Assembly (NCBI GenBank): GCA_965261595.1
Contig: CBDHDG010000007.1
Span: 608,001 to 672,000 of the forward strand
Direction of reading: 5' to 3'
DNA: 64,000 bases
Source: a bacterium
GTDB lineage: Bacteria; UBA8248; JACPRG01; G963555815
Position 1 is the first letter of the stretch. Every line of letters begins with the position of its first letter. A program made the translations under genes and the position numbers. The notes under the pieces are model-generated. The model was not told the origin of the DNA, searched no databases, and saw only the letters and a list, made by a program, of their open reading frames with translations. Below, piece by piece: positions 42,427 through 56,696 of the stretch.

Positions 42427-43335
42427 ATGCGATTCCACCGCCGATTGAGACGAACGGGACTCCGCGGCTGGGCCGGCGCCCTCCTAAGGGCGGGCATGTT
42501 GATGACCGAAATCTCCGGTTGCGTTGTTTCCAACCCGTCCCTCAGCAAGCTCGAACGCCGGCTGGAAAGCAAGCTTGCCGCTCTGAAAAGCGATGGAGAT
42601 TACGACTACAACACCTTCCTCGTCGATGGGAAAAAAGTCAATCTTGAGCGGACTCTCCGCTCGATGTTCATCTTGAAACCGATCGCGGAATTCGAAATGA
42701 GCAACGGCCAAGTGGTGCACACGGCCAGCCAGGCCACAGGGGTCGTCCTTTTCGATCGCTACGTGCTCACCGTGGATCACGCTGTATCCAACTACACCCT
42801 CGAACTCAAATCCACCCGGGGGGAAAACTTGACCCCCGTCCGGAGGACGAAGCAAGAGACCTTCATCTTCGTAAACGGGACCCCCCACCGCCTCCACAGC
42901 CTCTTGAGAGACCGGCGCACCGACGTCGCCCTGTTCCGCCTCCCCAACGGGCTGAAACTTCCCAGCTTCCCCTACGAAATCGGAAACAGCGACGACCTGC
43001 TCGTAGGTCACTTCATCTACGTGGTGGGAAATCCGATGAACATGGGGTTCAACGTCCGGGAGGGGATCGTCAGCACCGTCAGGGCCCCCGAGCGGCTCAG
43101 CGTCATCAACGCCGTTCCCGCCAACGCCTTCATGGTCAGCAACGGCCTGAACCCGGGCGACAGCGGGACGCCCGCCATCGCCATCCGCGACGGCCGATTC
43201 GAGCTGGTCGGCCTGACGCAGGGAACCTTTTTGACGGGCCAACGGCTCGGCTGGGTCATCCGGATCAACTCCATCCTGGATAAAATCCGGCCCTACATCG
43301 CCCGCATCCGCACGGCCCGCCGCAACCTCCCCTGA
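42427..43335 (+). CDS. Trypsin-like serine protease, probably lipoprotein
   Basis: LTVDH, DVAL, NPGDSG triad; start uncertain. Confidence 0.8.
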   Translation: MRFHRRLRRTGLRGWAGALLRAGMLMTEISGCVVSNPSLSKLERRLESKLAALKSDGDYDYNTFLVDGKKVNLERTLRSMFILKPIAEFEMSNGQVVHTASQATGVVLFDRYVLTVDHAVSNYTLELKSTRGENLTPVRRTKQETFIFVNGTPHRLHSLLRDRRTDVALFRLPNGLKLPSFPYEIGNSDDLLVGHFIYVVGNPMNMGFNVREGIVSTVRAPERLSVINAVPANAFMVSNGLNPGDSGTPAIAIRDGRFELVGLTQGTFLTGQRLGWVIRINSILDKIRPYIARIRTARRNLP

Positions 43336-43501
43336 ACCTCCAGCCGTTCCAACCCCTCTTCCAAAGAGACTTCGATCCCGTGGTATAATCAGGGCGTCCA
43401 TCGAGACATGGGGGCGCCGGGGGCGAGGGTCCGGACCTCTGAATCCCGGTCGGGGCTTTTTCCTCGGGAATTTCTCACGAAAAGCAATCCGGAGGAAGCG
43501 G

Positions 43502-43924
43502 GTGACGAGAGGCGCGCTTTCCGCACCAAAACTCAACCGCCGCCAGCGGCGCGTTTTTTGGGCCGTCGCTGGCGGACTCCTCGGTCTCACGTTTTTTCTG
43601 CACTTCTGGTACTTTCCCCGTTTCAGCGGACCGGCCGGCCGTGAGCGGCCTCGAAGGGTCGAGGGCCGGGTGATTCGGAAAGACACCTCTCGGGACCAGG
43701 ACGGCCGGGAGGTTGTCCGCGTCACCTATCGGTTCCGAACCACGGACCGGCGCTCCGTCGAGGGTCAGGCGTCGGAGACCGGGAAGCGGCTCGGGACCCT
43801 CCGATTGGGGGACAGGGTCTGGGTCCTCTATTCGGAATCGGACCCGCGCCGGAATCGTCTGGCCGCGGGATACGCCCCCCCGGCCGCCCCGGCCGCGCCC
43901 GGGCCGAATGCGGGCTCCCGCTGA
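43502..43924 (+). CDS. Membrane protein, DUF3592-like
   Basis: One TM segment then VTYRF...GDRVWVLY..DP. Confidence 0.55.
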   Translation: MTRGALSAPKLNRRQRRVFWAVAGGLLGLTFFLHFWYFPRFSGPAGRERPRRVEGRVIRKDTSRDQDGREVVRVTYRFRTTDRRSVEGQASETGKRLGTLRLGDRVWVLYSESDPRRNRLAAGYAPPAAPAAPGPNAGSR

Positions 43925-43958
43925 TCGGGAGGAACGTCGGAAGGAAAGGCCGTCCCGG

Positions 43959-44840
43959 ATGCCGAAACAATCCAAAACCTCTTCCGCCCCGATTGACGCG
44001 CTCATCTCTCTGATGGGCGACCCGGACCCGCACGTCTGGCCACCCGTCGAAAAGCAACTGCTCAAGCTGGGCGGGGAAACGCGGGATTCCCTGTGGAAAG
44101 CGGCGGAGGGAGACGACAGCTCCCTCGTCCGAATGAGGGCGCGGGAGGTCCTGGCCAAAATTCATGCCGAGGGCTTAACGGACAGCTTCAGAAATTGGGT
44201 CGACCCGGGCCGGCCCGAGCATGACCTGGAGGAGGGGTGGTTCCTTTTGACGAAGCTGGAATTTCCCGGACTGGACGAAGGGGCCTACCGCCGGAAACTG
44301 GATGAGATGGCCGCCGACCTGGACCCGCTCCTCCAGGGCGCCGGGGACCTCGACGCCCTCAAGGTCTTCCAGCGGTATGTCCATTTCGAGAAGGAATTTC
44401 GCGGAAACGTCCAGGGATATCACGAAGCGGAAAACAGCTACATCAACGGCCTCCTGGACCGCCGACTCGGAATTCCCATCAGCCTGTCTTCGCTTTACCT
44501 GTTGATCTCCCGGCGGGTGGGTCTCCCTTTCGAGGGGATCTCCGCTCCGGGGCATTTCCTTCTGCGATACCGAAGGGACGGAGCGGGAAAGGATCCCGTT
44601 TACATCGATCCCTTTCACGGCGGAAGGAACCTGAGCCGGAAGGAGTGTGCGGCGTTTATCCGGTCCATGGGGCATGTCGCCGGGCGCGAGCTGGACACGC
44701 CGGTGAACAACCGTCACATTCTTGCGCGGATGTGCCGGAACCTGGCCGGGATCTATGGCGCCTCCGGTCCCGCGCAAAAAGCGGAGCGGCTGATCGCGTG
44801 GATCGACATCCTCGGGTCCGCCGGTCCTTCGAACGCCTGA
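43959..44840 (+). CDS. SirB1/transglutaminase-like protein
   Basis: FRGN..Y...NSY, RRLGIPISL, PGHFLL, YIDPF. Confidence 0.85.
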   Translation: MPKQSKTSSAPIDALISLMGDPDPHVWPPVEKQLLKLGGETRDSLWKAAEGDDSSLVRMRAREVLAKIHAEGLTDSFRNWVDPGRPEHDLEEGWFLLTKLEFPGLDEGAYRRKLDEMAADLDPLLQGAGDLDALKVFQRYVHFEKEFRGNVQGYHEAENSYINGLLDRRLGIPISLSSLYLLISRRVGLPFEGISAPGHFLLRYRRDGAGKDPVYIDPFHGGRNLSRKECAAFIRSMGHVAGRELDTPVNNRHILARMCRNLAGIYGASGPAQKAERLIAWIDILGSAGPSNA

Positions 44841-45039
44841 TCGGCAACGGGCGGACGCCTGATCCGCGCATACGGGAAAGACACAGCTCGATTCATATCA
44901 CGAGGCCGAACGGAACATCCACCGGGCATCTCCACCCCTTTGGTTGGAGATGCCGAGAGCCGGAATTCCGCCCCATGGACCGCGAGAGAAGCGGAACGGG
45001 ATGTCCCGCCGAGATGGGGCCGGTTCGCAGGAGAAAACG

Positions 45040-45351
45040 ATGGAGAACAAAACGCCGCAGGAATTGAGTCAAACGCACTTGGAATCCGCAGAGGCCGCAA
45101 TGGAGAGCGGGGACGCCCGGAAGGCGCTGGAGTCCGCCTGCGAGGCCTATGAAGTCTGTCCGGACCACTACCCCGCCAATTACAACGCCCTTGCGCTGGC
45201 CGTGAAGTGCATGGAGAAATTGGACATCGCGGAGGAGGCCCAGGCCCTGCGCGAAACGATGCAAAAGCTCCTCTTCGAGCATGACACCAAGCCTCATGCC
45301 GAAGGGGAAGCCCGCGCCAAACACGCGCTGAATAAAGACAAGAAACCCTAG
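45040..45351 (+). CDS. Small helical hypothetical protein
   Basis: RBS AGGAG, ATG 45040, coding-like composition. Confidence 0.6.
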   Translation: MENKTPQELSQTHLESAEAAMESGDARKALESACEAYEVCPDHYPANYNALALAVKCMEKLDIAEEAQALRETMQKLLFEHDTKPHAEGEARAKHALNKDKKP

Positions 45352-45379
45352 CGCGCATTTCTCACAACCGTTCGGCCAA

Positions 45380-46669
45380 ATGGCTATCCCTCAACGGGCC
45401 CGAAAGCGTAACGTCAAATGGAACCTGCCTCCGGCCGGGGCGGCGTTGCTCTTGTGGATGGTCCAAGGCTGCGCCCTGGACACCATTCCCTACCTCTTCC
45501 GGCTCGCGGTGAATCAGGCCAGCCTTCTCTCCCAAAGGCGGCCCATCGGAGCGGTTCTCAAAGATCCAAAGGCGGTCCTTGACCCGGAGGCCAGGAAGCG
45601 CCTCAGGCTTGTCGCCGAGGTCCGGGAATTCTCCCGCCGCATCGGTTTGACGCCGGGGGGCGCTTACACCCAGTATGCCCCGGTCCGCCTCGAGGTCTTC
45701 GTCGTCACGGCGGCCGAGCGGACCCGCTTGAAGCGCCGCACCTGGTGGTGGCCGATACTCGGCACCGTGCCGTACAAGGGCTTTTTCACCAAAGCGGGGG
45801 CGGCGGACGAAGCGCGAAAACTCCGCGCCCAATCGCTGGACACCCATGTCCGGACGGTCCGGGCCTACAGCACGCTGGGCTGGTTCGACGACCCGGTCGT
45901 TCCGGCGATGCTGAAGGGCGGGCTGGGACCTTTTGTCGGCGTCCTGATTCACGAGTCCGTCCACGCCACGTTCTTTCGGAAGGGCAACGCCCCGTTCAAC
46001 GAGCAGGCGGCGGTCCTCGTCGAGCGGGAGGGCGCAAAACGGTTCCTTCGGGAAAAATTCGGGCGGGACTCAAAGGCGATCGGACGATATCAAAGGAGGC
46101 TGGCGAAGGGCGAGCGGTTTCTGGAGACCCTGGACGGCCTTCACGCGGAACTCTCCCGCCTCTATCGGAGCCGGCGCACCGACGCCGAGAAGCTCTCGCG
46201 GCGCAAAGACATCTTCGGAAAATTCCTCGCGGCCCATCCCGCCATCGCCCGGCGCCTGCGGCGGGATGAAAAATCCACCGGGCTGCGGACCGAGTTGAAC
46301 AACGCCTACCTTCTTTCCTACCGGCTTTACTTCGCGAACCGGGACCGGATGCGGAGGATCTTCGACCGAATCGGCCGGGATCTCCCCAAGATGGTCAGCC
46401 TTATCAAACGGGCCGCGGAAGCCGAAGGCGACCCTTTCGAGGCGTTGGAGAGGTTGGCCGGGAATCTTCGCGCAAAACCGTCGCCGGTTGGCCGTGCAAA
46501 TCCCTCCCCCCCCCCGACTTTCCTTTTGGCGGGGGATGCGGAATCATCGGCCCCCGCACGGAATCGCGGCGGGCCGCGTCGATCCGGCTCATCGGGCGTT
46601 CGGCCGGCCGACGCTCAATTTTCCAATTCGGATTTCACTTTCAACTTGAGCGCGATGAACGTCGCGTGA
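45380..46669 (+). CDS. Putative zinc aminopeptidase (DUF2265-like)
   Basis: VPYKGFF, AYSTLGWFDDP, HESVH, FNE; 3' end overlaps the next gene. Confidence 0.8.
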   Translation: MAIPQRARKRNVKWNLPPAGAALLLWMVQGCALDTIPYLFRLAVNQASLLSQRRPIGAVLKDPKAVLDPEARKRLRLVAEVREFSRRIGLTPGGAYTQYAPVRLEVFVVTAAERTRLKRRTWWWPILGTVPYKGFFTKAGAADEARKLRAQSLDTHVRTVRAYSTLGWFDDPVVPAMLKGGLGPFVGVLIHESVHATFFRKGNAPFNEQAAVLVEREGAKRFLREKFGRDSKAIGRYQRRLAKGERFLETLDGLHAELSRLYRSRRTDAEKLSRRKDIFGKFLAAHPAIARRLRRDEKSTGLRTELNNAYLLSYRLYFANRDRMRRIFDRIGRDLPKMVSLIKRAAEAEGDPFEALERLAGNLRAKPSPVGRANPSPPPTFLLAGDAESSAPARNRGGPRRSGSSGVRPADAQFSNSDFTFNLSAMNVA

Positions 46670-47073
46670 TCGATCCGCAGGAGGCGGTGCAGCTTCTTTG
46701 TCATGTAATCCTCGAACTTGTCCATCGTCCCGTCGGCGTAGACCACCTTCCAGATCATCTCCATGACCTCGAATTTCTGCTCCCGGGTCAAGGCTTGGTT
46801 GACCTGGCTCGCGAAAGACCACACGTCGGTGGATTTCCGGTGCTCCTCCCGGGCGGCTTCGATGAGGTCGCGCACGCCCGCGTCGGTCAAGTCGAAACGG
46901 CCCTTCAGCACCTGGACGATCTTCTGAAATTCCTCCGGGAAGAGGTTGTCGTCCGCCATGGCGGTCTCGACCAGGAGGGCGCACATAGCCATCCGCAGCT
47001 CCGCCTCGGGCTTTGCGGACGGCTCCCCTTTTTCCGAATCAGCGCCGAAGATGCGCCTCAGGCTGTCCAACAT
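46615..47073 (-). CDS. TerB family protein
   Basis: ALLVETAMAD, WKVVYADG..DKFE. Confidence 0.85.
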   Translation of the reverse strand: MLDSLRRIFGADSEKGEPSAKPEAELRMAMCALLVETAMADDNLFPEEFQKIVQVLKGRFDLTDAGVRDLIEAAREEHRKSTDVWSFASQVNQALTREQKFEVMEMIWKVVYADGTMDKFEDYMTKKLHRLLRIDHATFIALKLKVKSELEN

Positions 47074-47246
47074 GTTCTTGTTTCTCCTGATTCAGAAAAC
47101 CGGTCGGGGAACATCCCCAACCGTCATCTGTTTATTTTACGGGCTTTTATCCGGCCGCCGCCGGCATGGTACCATAGGTCTCGAATGACAAGCGGACGCC
47201 ATGAGGCCGGACGTTCGATATCGGCGGGGGACCGAGAGAGAGAGCC

Positions 47247-50176
<2,930 letters not shown>

Positions 50177-50739
50177 CGGGCACGCCCCCATTCGTATCGC
50201 GTCTCAAATTGCGGTAGTGTCCTAATTTGGATTTTGAGGGTGAGAATTAAGCTTGGTCGAGGAAACCAATTTTGGTTTTGTCGTCTGACTTGGTGAAGAG
50301 ATTGAGAAGTCCACTAACCTTTGAGATCATGAAATCAAGATCGCACCAACGTGAACCCTTATGGACCGTGATGTCTTTTCTTTCAACGCGAAATTTTGTA
50401 AGGCCTAGCCAAGCCCCTCAAGGTCCGAAACAATGTCGTGATAATCATCTATGAAATCGCCGTAGGCAAGTTCTCCTGGATTGGATGCTTTTCTCTGGGC
50501 CAAGCTGTCCCTGAGCCCCACAAGCCGAGCGTATGCCATCCGAATCAGAACATCAGCGGTCATTCTTCAGGCTCCTCGGGCTCAGGTTCTTCCTGCGGTG
50601 GTTCTTTGGCAATCTTCGCCAAAACCCGCTTGGCAACCTCAATGTTGGCTTCCAGGATTTCAATTTCATCTGTTCCCGGTCTCTCCCCTGAAATCACCAG
50701 TTCTGCCGTGGTGCCATCTGAGAGCGGCCAGGCAAACTC

Positions 50740-50900
50740 CTTGACCCATGCATTCAGCAAAACGCTGGAAAATCTCCAGGCGGCTCTCGCCGTGCATTTC
50801 GCATGGTACAACTTCGGGCGGGTTCATGGGAGCCTGAGGATCACGCTCGCCCAGGAGGCGGGAATCACAGACCATATTTGGACGTGGGAGGAAATGCTGA
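50740..50900 (+). pseudogene. C-terminal fragment of an IS1-like transposase
   Basis: THAFSKTLENLQAALAVHFAWYNFGRVHGSL..T.AQEAGITDHIW. Confidence 0.6.
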
Positions 50901-51213
50901 ATTGGTCAAAATGGTTTTCTGTTATTCTCCCAGTTGCTTTGCTGCTTCAACCGCGTCAAAGTCTCTCTGTGCCCTTTCGCGTTCCGCCTTGATATCCTCA
51001 TAGGGCATTTTTGTTGCGATGCCAGGGTTACCCATAACGACAACCCCTATAACGAAGGTTTCTTTAATCAATTCACGAGCGAGGTGTCTAAGGTCATTGT
51101 CGATTAGCTTTCTACCCGTAAAAAAGGCAACAGCCAGAAAAGAGTAAAACACACATGCGCCAACACCGAAGGCTGTAATTCTTTTCCAGTTTGTGCTACC
51201 TTTAGCGTTGTCG

Positions 51214-52617
51214 TCCCCCGCTCTAGGGTTTTGTTGGACACTCGATTGATCCATGATTCATGGAGAAAGGGGTGTCGCGATGAACGAACAAAAGCAAGAG
51301 GGGGCTTTGGCGGAGGGCGCCCGCAGGGCGAACGGAGCCAAGGCCCCAGGGCATCGCAGTGAGCGGGGTCGGTTCTCCTGCCAGCGCAAGCGGGAGGCGG
51401 TCCTGCGTCTTTTGCGGGGCGAGAGCCTGGAGACGCTCTGCCGCGAGTTGGGCACGACAGCGGCTCGGCTTTCCGCCTGGCGCGAGGCGTTCCTTCGCGG
51501 GGGCGAGGCGGCGCTCAAAGCCCGCCCGGCGGATGAGCGGGACGAGGAGAACGCCCGGCTCAAGGCCAAGGTGGGCGAACTCACGATGGAGGGCGAGGTC
51601 CTGCGGGAGAAGATCGACCGCCTGGAGGCCGGCCGCCCTTTAGCCGGCAGGAGGTGGAGGCGATGAGTCAGGCCCGCTTCACCTCCACGGGCAGAGCCTA
51701 CGGCCTGAAGCGGGTGTGCGCCCTTTGGGGCTTGGCGCGCTCCACGGTCTACGCGCAACGGCGGCGAGAGGCGGTCCCCGTTCATGAACGCCCCACGCCC
51801 AATAAGCGCGGCCCTGTGGGCCCGTGCACCGATGCGGAACTCCTCGGCCACATCCGGCAGGTCCTGGAGGACTCTCCCTTCCATGGCGAGGGCTACCGCA
51901 AGGTGTGGGCGAGGCTGCGCTTCGCGGGCATCCGCACCAGCAAGGAGCGGGTGCGTCGCCTGATGCGGGAGGCGGGGCTTCAGGCCCCCCACCGGGTGGG
52001 CAAACCCCGAGGTCCCAAGGCCCACAACGGGACCATCCGCACCGAGCGGCCCGACCGAATGTGGGGCACGCACATGACGACGACGGTGACCACCGAGGAG
52101 GGGATGGCCTCGGTGTTCGTGGCGGTGGATCACTGCTCGGTGGACTGCGTGGGGATCCATGCGGCCAAGAGCGGCAACCGCTTCGAGGCCCTGGAGCCGA
52201 TCCGGCAGGGGGTCGCCGAGCGCTTCGCCGGCTTGGAGGCGGACGTCGCCGAGGGGCTTAAAGTTCGTCACGACCACGGCCCCGCCTATCTGTCCGATGA
52301 CTTTCAGCGGGAGATCGCCTACCTGGGCATGACCAGTTCGCCCAGCTTCGTGCGGGCGCCCGAGGGAAATGGCTACTGTGAGTGGTTCATCCGCATCTTG
52401 AAGGAGAATCTCCTGTGGGTGCGCTCTTTCGCCACCGTAGAGGAACTGCGGTGGGCGCTGCTTGAGTTCAAGAACCTGTACAACCATCATTGGATTCTCG
52501 AGGGCTACGGCTACCGAACGCCGGCCCAGGCAAGGCAGGAAAAACTCGCTCAAGTTGCGGAGGCCGCATGAGGTCGAATACCCTCACCCGAGTGTCCAAT
52601 AACCCAGGGGCGGTCCA
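51214..52617 (+). mobile_element. IS3-family element copy 2 (1404 bp)
   Basis: Near-identical to 34067-35470; flanks GTCG/CCGT, no TSD. Confidence 0.93.
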
Positions 52618-54798
52618 CCGTGTTGTTCACCCCATTCTTCATCCTCGTGTTGCCGCTCATCAGCGGAAAGTCGATCCCGCCGGTCGAGGCCATTTACCTG
52701 GGCCTGCTGATCGAGGTCTGCGGGTTCGGCAGCGCCACGCTGGGTTACCACCGCCAGAAGGTGATCGATTACCGGGCGTCGGGGTACGCCATGCTGTGGG
52801 CCGTGCCCTTCGCGATCGGGGTGTCTCTGTTCGCCCACAAGGCACCCGAGGGCTGGCTGCTTTTCATCCTGGGCGCCGCGCTCCTCGTCATGGCCGCCCT
52901 GATGCGCTTCGCCCACAAGACGCCAGAGCTCGGCGTCCCGCCGGAAGCGTCCCCGCACGGGCGCAGGCTCGAGGACTCGATGGGGAAGGTGTACGCGTAC
53001 AACTTCCGCCGGACCCCGGTGGGCGCGCTCATCTCCGCCCTGGGCGGGGTGTTCGTGGGGTTTGTCGGCGTCGGTGTGGGCGAGTTCAAGACAACGTACT
53101 TCATCCTGGGGTAGAAGATGCCCGCCCGGGTTTCGGTGGCCTCGGGGGTGCCGGTGGTGATGGCGACGGTGACGGCGGCGGTGCTCGCGCGGATCGTCGT
53201 CACGGGAACCGGGATGGCGGATTTCAGCGTGCCCTGGAACATCGCGGCGATGTGCATCCCGGCGGTCCTCATCGGCGGGCAGATCGCGCCCCTCATCAAC
53301 CGCCACCTGAACCCCAACCGCATCAAGCTGATGGACCGCCCCTGGGTTATTGGACACTCGGGTGAGGGTATTCGACCTCATGCGGCCTCCGCAACTTGAG
53401 CGAGTTTTTCCTGCCTTGCCTGGGCCGGCGTTCGGTAGCCGTAGCCCTCGAGAATCCAATGATGGTTGTACAGGTTCTTGAACTCAAGCAGCGCCCACCG
53501 CAGTTCCTCTACGGTGGCGAAAGAGCGCACCCACAGGAGATTCTCCTTCAAGATGCGGATAAACCACTCACAGTAGCCATTTCCCTCGGGCGCCCGCACG
53601 AAGCTGGGCGAACTGGTCATGCCCAGGTAGGCGATCTCCCGCTGAAAGTCATCGGACAGATAGGCGGGGCCGTGGTCGTGACGAACTTTAAGCCCCTCGG
53701 CGACGTCCGCCTCCAAGCCGGCGAAGCGCTCGGCGACCCCCTGCCGGATCGGCTCCAGGGCCTCGAAGCGGTTGCCGCTCTTGGCCGCATGGATCCCCAC
53801 GCAGTCCACCGAGCAGTGATCCACCGCCACGAACACCGAGGCCACCCCCTCCTCGGTGGTCACCGTCGTCGTCATGTCCGTGCCCCACATTCGGTCGGGC
53901 CGCTCGGTGCGGATGGTCCCGTTGTGGGCCTTGGGACCTCGGGGTTTGCCCACCCGGTGGGGGGCCTGAAGCCCCGCCTCCCGCATCAGGCGACGCACCC
54001 GCTCCTTGCTGGTGCGGATGCCCGCGAAGCGCAGCCTCGCCCACACCTTGCGGTAGCCCTCGCCATGGAAGGGAGAGTCCTCCAGGACCTGCCGGATGTG
54101 GCCGAGGAGTTCCGCATCGGTGCACGGGCCCACAGGGCCGCGCTTATTGGGCGTGGGGCGTTCATGAACGGGGACCGCCTCTCGCCGCCGTTGCGCGTAG
54201 ACCGTGGAGCGCGCCAAGCCCCAAAGGGCGCACACCCGCTTCAGGCCGTAGGCTCTGCCCGTGGAGGTGAAGCGGGCCTGACTCATCGCCTCCACCTCCT
54301 GCCGGCTAAAGGGCGGCCGGCCTCCAGGCGGTCGATCTTCTCCCGCAGGACCTCGCCCTCCATCGTGAGTTCGCCCACCTTGGCCTTGAGCCGGGCGTTC
54401 TCCTCGGCCCGCTCATCCGCCGGGCGGGCTTTGAGCGCCGCCTCGCCCCCGCGAAGGAACGCCTCGCGCCAGGCGGAAAGCCGAGCCGCTGTCGTGCCCA
54501 ACTCGCGGCAGAGCGTCTCCAGGCTCTCGCCCCGCAAAAGACGCAGGACCGCCTCCCGCTTGCGCTGGCAGGAGAACCGACCCCGCTCACTGCGATGCCA
54601 TGGGGCCTTGGCTCCGTTCGCCCTGCGGGCGCCCTCCGCCAAAGCCCCCTCTTGCTTTTGTTCGTTCATCGCGACACCCCTTTCTCCATGAATCATGGAT
54701 CAATCGAGTGTCCAACAAAACCCTAGAGCGGGGGACTGATCCTGTTCGTCCTGTTCTGTGTCGTGGGGTTGATCCTCATCTTTCGGGGTCTTTTTTAG
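52618..54798 (+). pseudogene. TauE/SafE (TSUP) permease, 5'-truncated, internal TAG, split by IS3 copy 3
   Basis: LFTPFF, GFVGVGVGE, GGQIAP; resumes after the IS as LILFVLFCVVGLILIFRGLF*. Confidence 0.75.
53332..54735 (-). mobile_element. IS3-family element copy 3 (1404 bp)
   Basis: Inverted near-identical copy; TSD CTGA (53328-53331, 54736-54739). Confidence 0.93.
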
Positions 54799-54990
54799 AA
54801 TCAAGAGCCCCGGGGGGCGGGCGCGGGTCGGATGATCCTCCAGCCCGCCATCCGATGGCGGCCAAGATGGCCGCCCCACCGGGTCAAGCCCTAGACCTAT
54901 CGGCTTGGCCTGCTCGCGGAGTGCATCGGTCCGCCAACCGTCCGCCTTTCCGCGCGGAACGCTCGTTTCTTTGGCCGAAATTCAGACAAA

Positions 54991-55501
54991 GTGTGCCCCT
55001 GGCAGCTTGTCTGCCAGTGCCGCCGCTTCGCTGAGGCGCACACCCGACTTCCCCGGCCGTAATCCCGCCCAACGGGAAATCCCGCCTTGCAACTCAATGC
55101 TCCGGGCCGGTTGGCCTTCCGGATTCCCTCGTTCTAAGTAATATACCTTATTTCCAGGATCTTCCAAACATTCAACCCATTGATTTCATTTCTTCTCCGT
55201 CTTTGGCTTTGTATCGTACTTTTTTATTGATCGACGCCCTTCGGCGGGGAGAATGTTACCGATCATCCCATTGAACCCCAAAAAAACCGACAAACCGCCA
55301 GGCGTTTCCCCCACCGCCCTTAGCCGTATGGACTGTCACGTTCATCCTTTTCCCGCCTCGGAAATCTAATTTTTCCCCTTACAGATAAGCGAAATCAATA
55401 CGAATACAATTAAAATATCGCTTCTCTCGTCGATCACATTCGGGATTGGGGTCAGGCACCCGTTTGAGGCGGCACTGGCGGTCAAGCCGCCAGTGGCACA
55501 C
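54991..55501. repeat. Inverted pair of 34-bp REP-like hairpins (54991-55024, 55468-55501)
   Basis: GTGTGCCCCTGGCAGCTTGTCTGCCAGTGCCGCC versus reverse complement GTGTGCCACTGGCGGCTTGACCGCCAGTGCCGCC. Confidence 0.65.
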
Positions 55502-55764
55502 TCCCTTGAAAAATAGGGGCGCGTTCACGCACCCACCCACTTTGTCATTCCGACCGAGGGGCCAACCGGCCCAAGAGTCAACCGACTCAAGGGCCGATAA
55601 ACCCCGACGAAGAATCTCGGGTTGAGGTGTACCGAACGGGAAACCTCCACGACGGAGGGAACACAGCGAGATCCTCACGCGGGGATTTTCAATCCCCGCT
55701 CAGGATGACAACCTCCTCAATCAACGGGGGAGGGGGTTCTGCTATCAAAAAAGCCCCCAAGAAT

Positions 55765-56046
55765 TCAACGATTCCCGGTTGATTTGTCTTCGCCCTTCAA
55801 CGCATCCAAGACAGCCCGGCGGACGGCCTCTTTCAGGTCCTTGTCCTGGAAAACGACCGTTTCGTGACGGCCTCCGCGCGAGGCGACGGTCGGATAGGAT
55901 AGATACCGTCCCCCCTTCTCCGTCTCGACGACCTGGATTCCCCGGACCAGGACCTGGCCGTCCAGCTCGACCTCGGCGTACGCGCGGACCGTTCCGCCCG
56001 GGATCGGGGCTTCGAAGGGGGTGACGCTGACCGACGTGATTTTCAT
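55765..56046 (-). CDS. spoVG: SpoVG family protein
   Basis: MKITSV...RAYAEV..D...VRGIQVV..KGG.YLSYP. Confidence 0.75.
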   Translation of the reverse strand: MKITSVSVTPFEAPIPGGTVRAYAEVELDGQVLVRGIQVVETEKGGRYLSYPTVASRGGRHETVVFQDKDLKEAVRRAVLDALKGEDKSTGNR

Positions 56047-56264
56047 TCAGATCCCCTCACAATCTTTCGGGGGGGGGGGGCAACCGCGCTCGCCCCGATC
56101 CTACAGCTTTTTGACCCGGGTTTGGCCGAATGCGGGAGGTCCCCCCCCTCCCCCGTCTTTCCCGGTTCGATGGTGGTAGAATAAGCCTTTCCCCTTGGCG
56201 CGATCATCCAGCGCGTTCTAAATACCGTCGGAGAAATTCGTTCATCTTCGCTCAGGCTGGGACC

Positions 56265-56519
56265 ATGCTGCGGTTAATTCTTTACTTGGCGGCCGCGTAT
56301 ATTTTGTGGGTCGCGCTCGGCGCCGTCTTCCGGGGAATCGGCCGGATCGCCGAGCGGCAAAAACGGATCTCGGGCGAGGACCTCGTCCGGTGCGCCGCGT
56401 GCGGGACGTATGTCCCGAAATCGGACATTGTGAGGCGCAAGGGGCATGATTTTTGCGGAAAAGAGTGTGCGGAGAAGGGCCGTGGGCGCGACAGTCCCGA
56501 TTCGAAGGAAGCGCCCTGA
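56265..56519 (+). CDS. Small membrane protein with Cys-rich (TRASH/PP0621-like) domain
   Basis: TM segment then LVRCAACGTYVP...FCGKEC. Confidence 0.7.
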   Translation: MLRLILYLAAAYILWVALGAVFRGIGRIAERQKRISGEDLVRCAACGTYVPKSDIVRRKGHDFCGKECAEKGRGRDSPDSKEAP

Positions 56520-56696
56520 CACCCCCCCCTTCCCCCCCTGGACAGGTTCCGGGGGAAATCCTATATACAAAACCTGTGTTTTCTCTAAAGAGGTTAGCCT
56601 TCCGTGTTCCCCCAACCGGCTGAGTGACGCACCCTTTGGATTGCGCTCCGGGGAGCCGAATGGTTCGCCGCCGCCGGCCGGGAGAGACGCGCGTGG

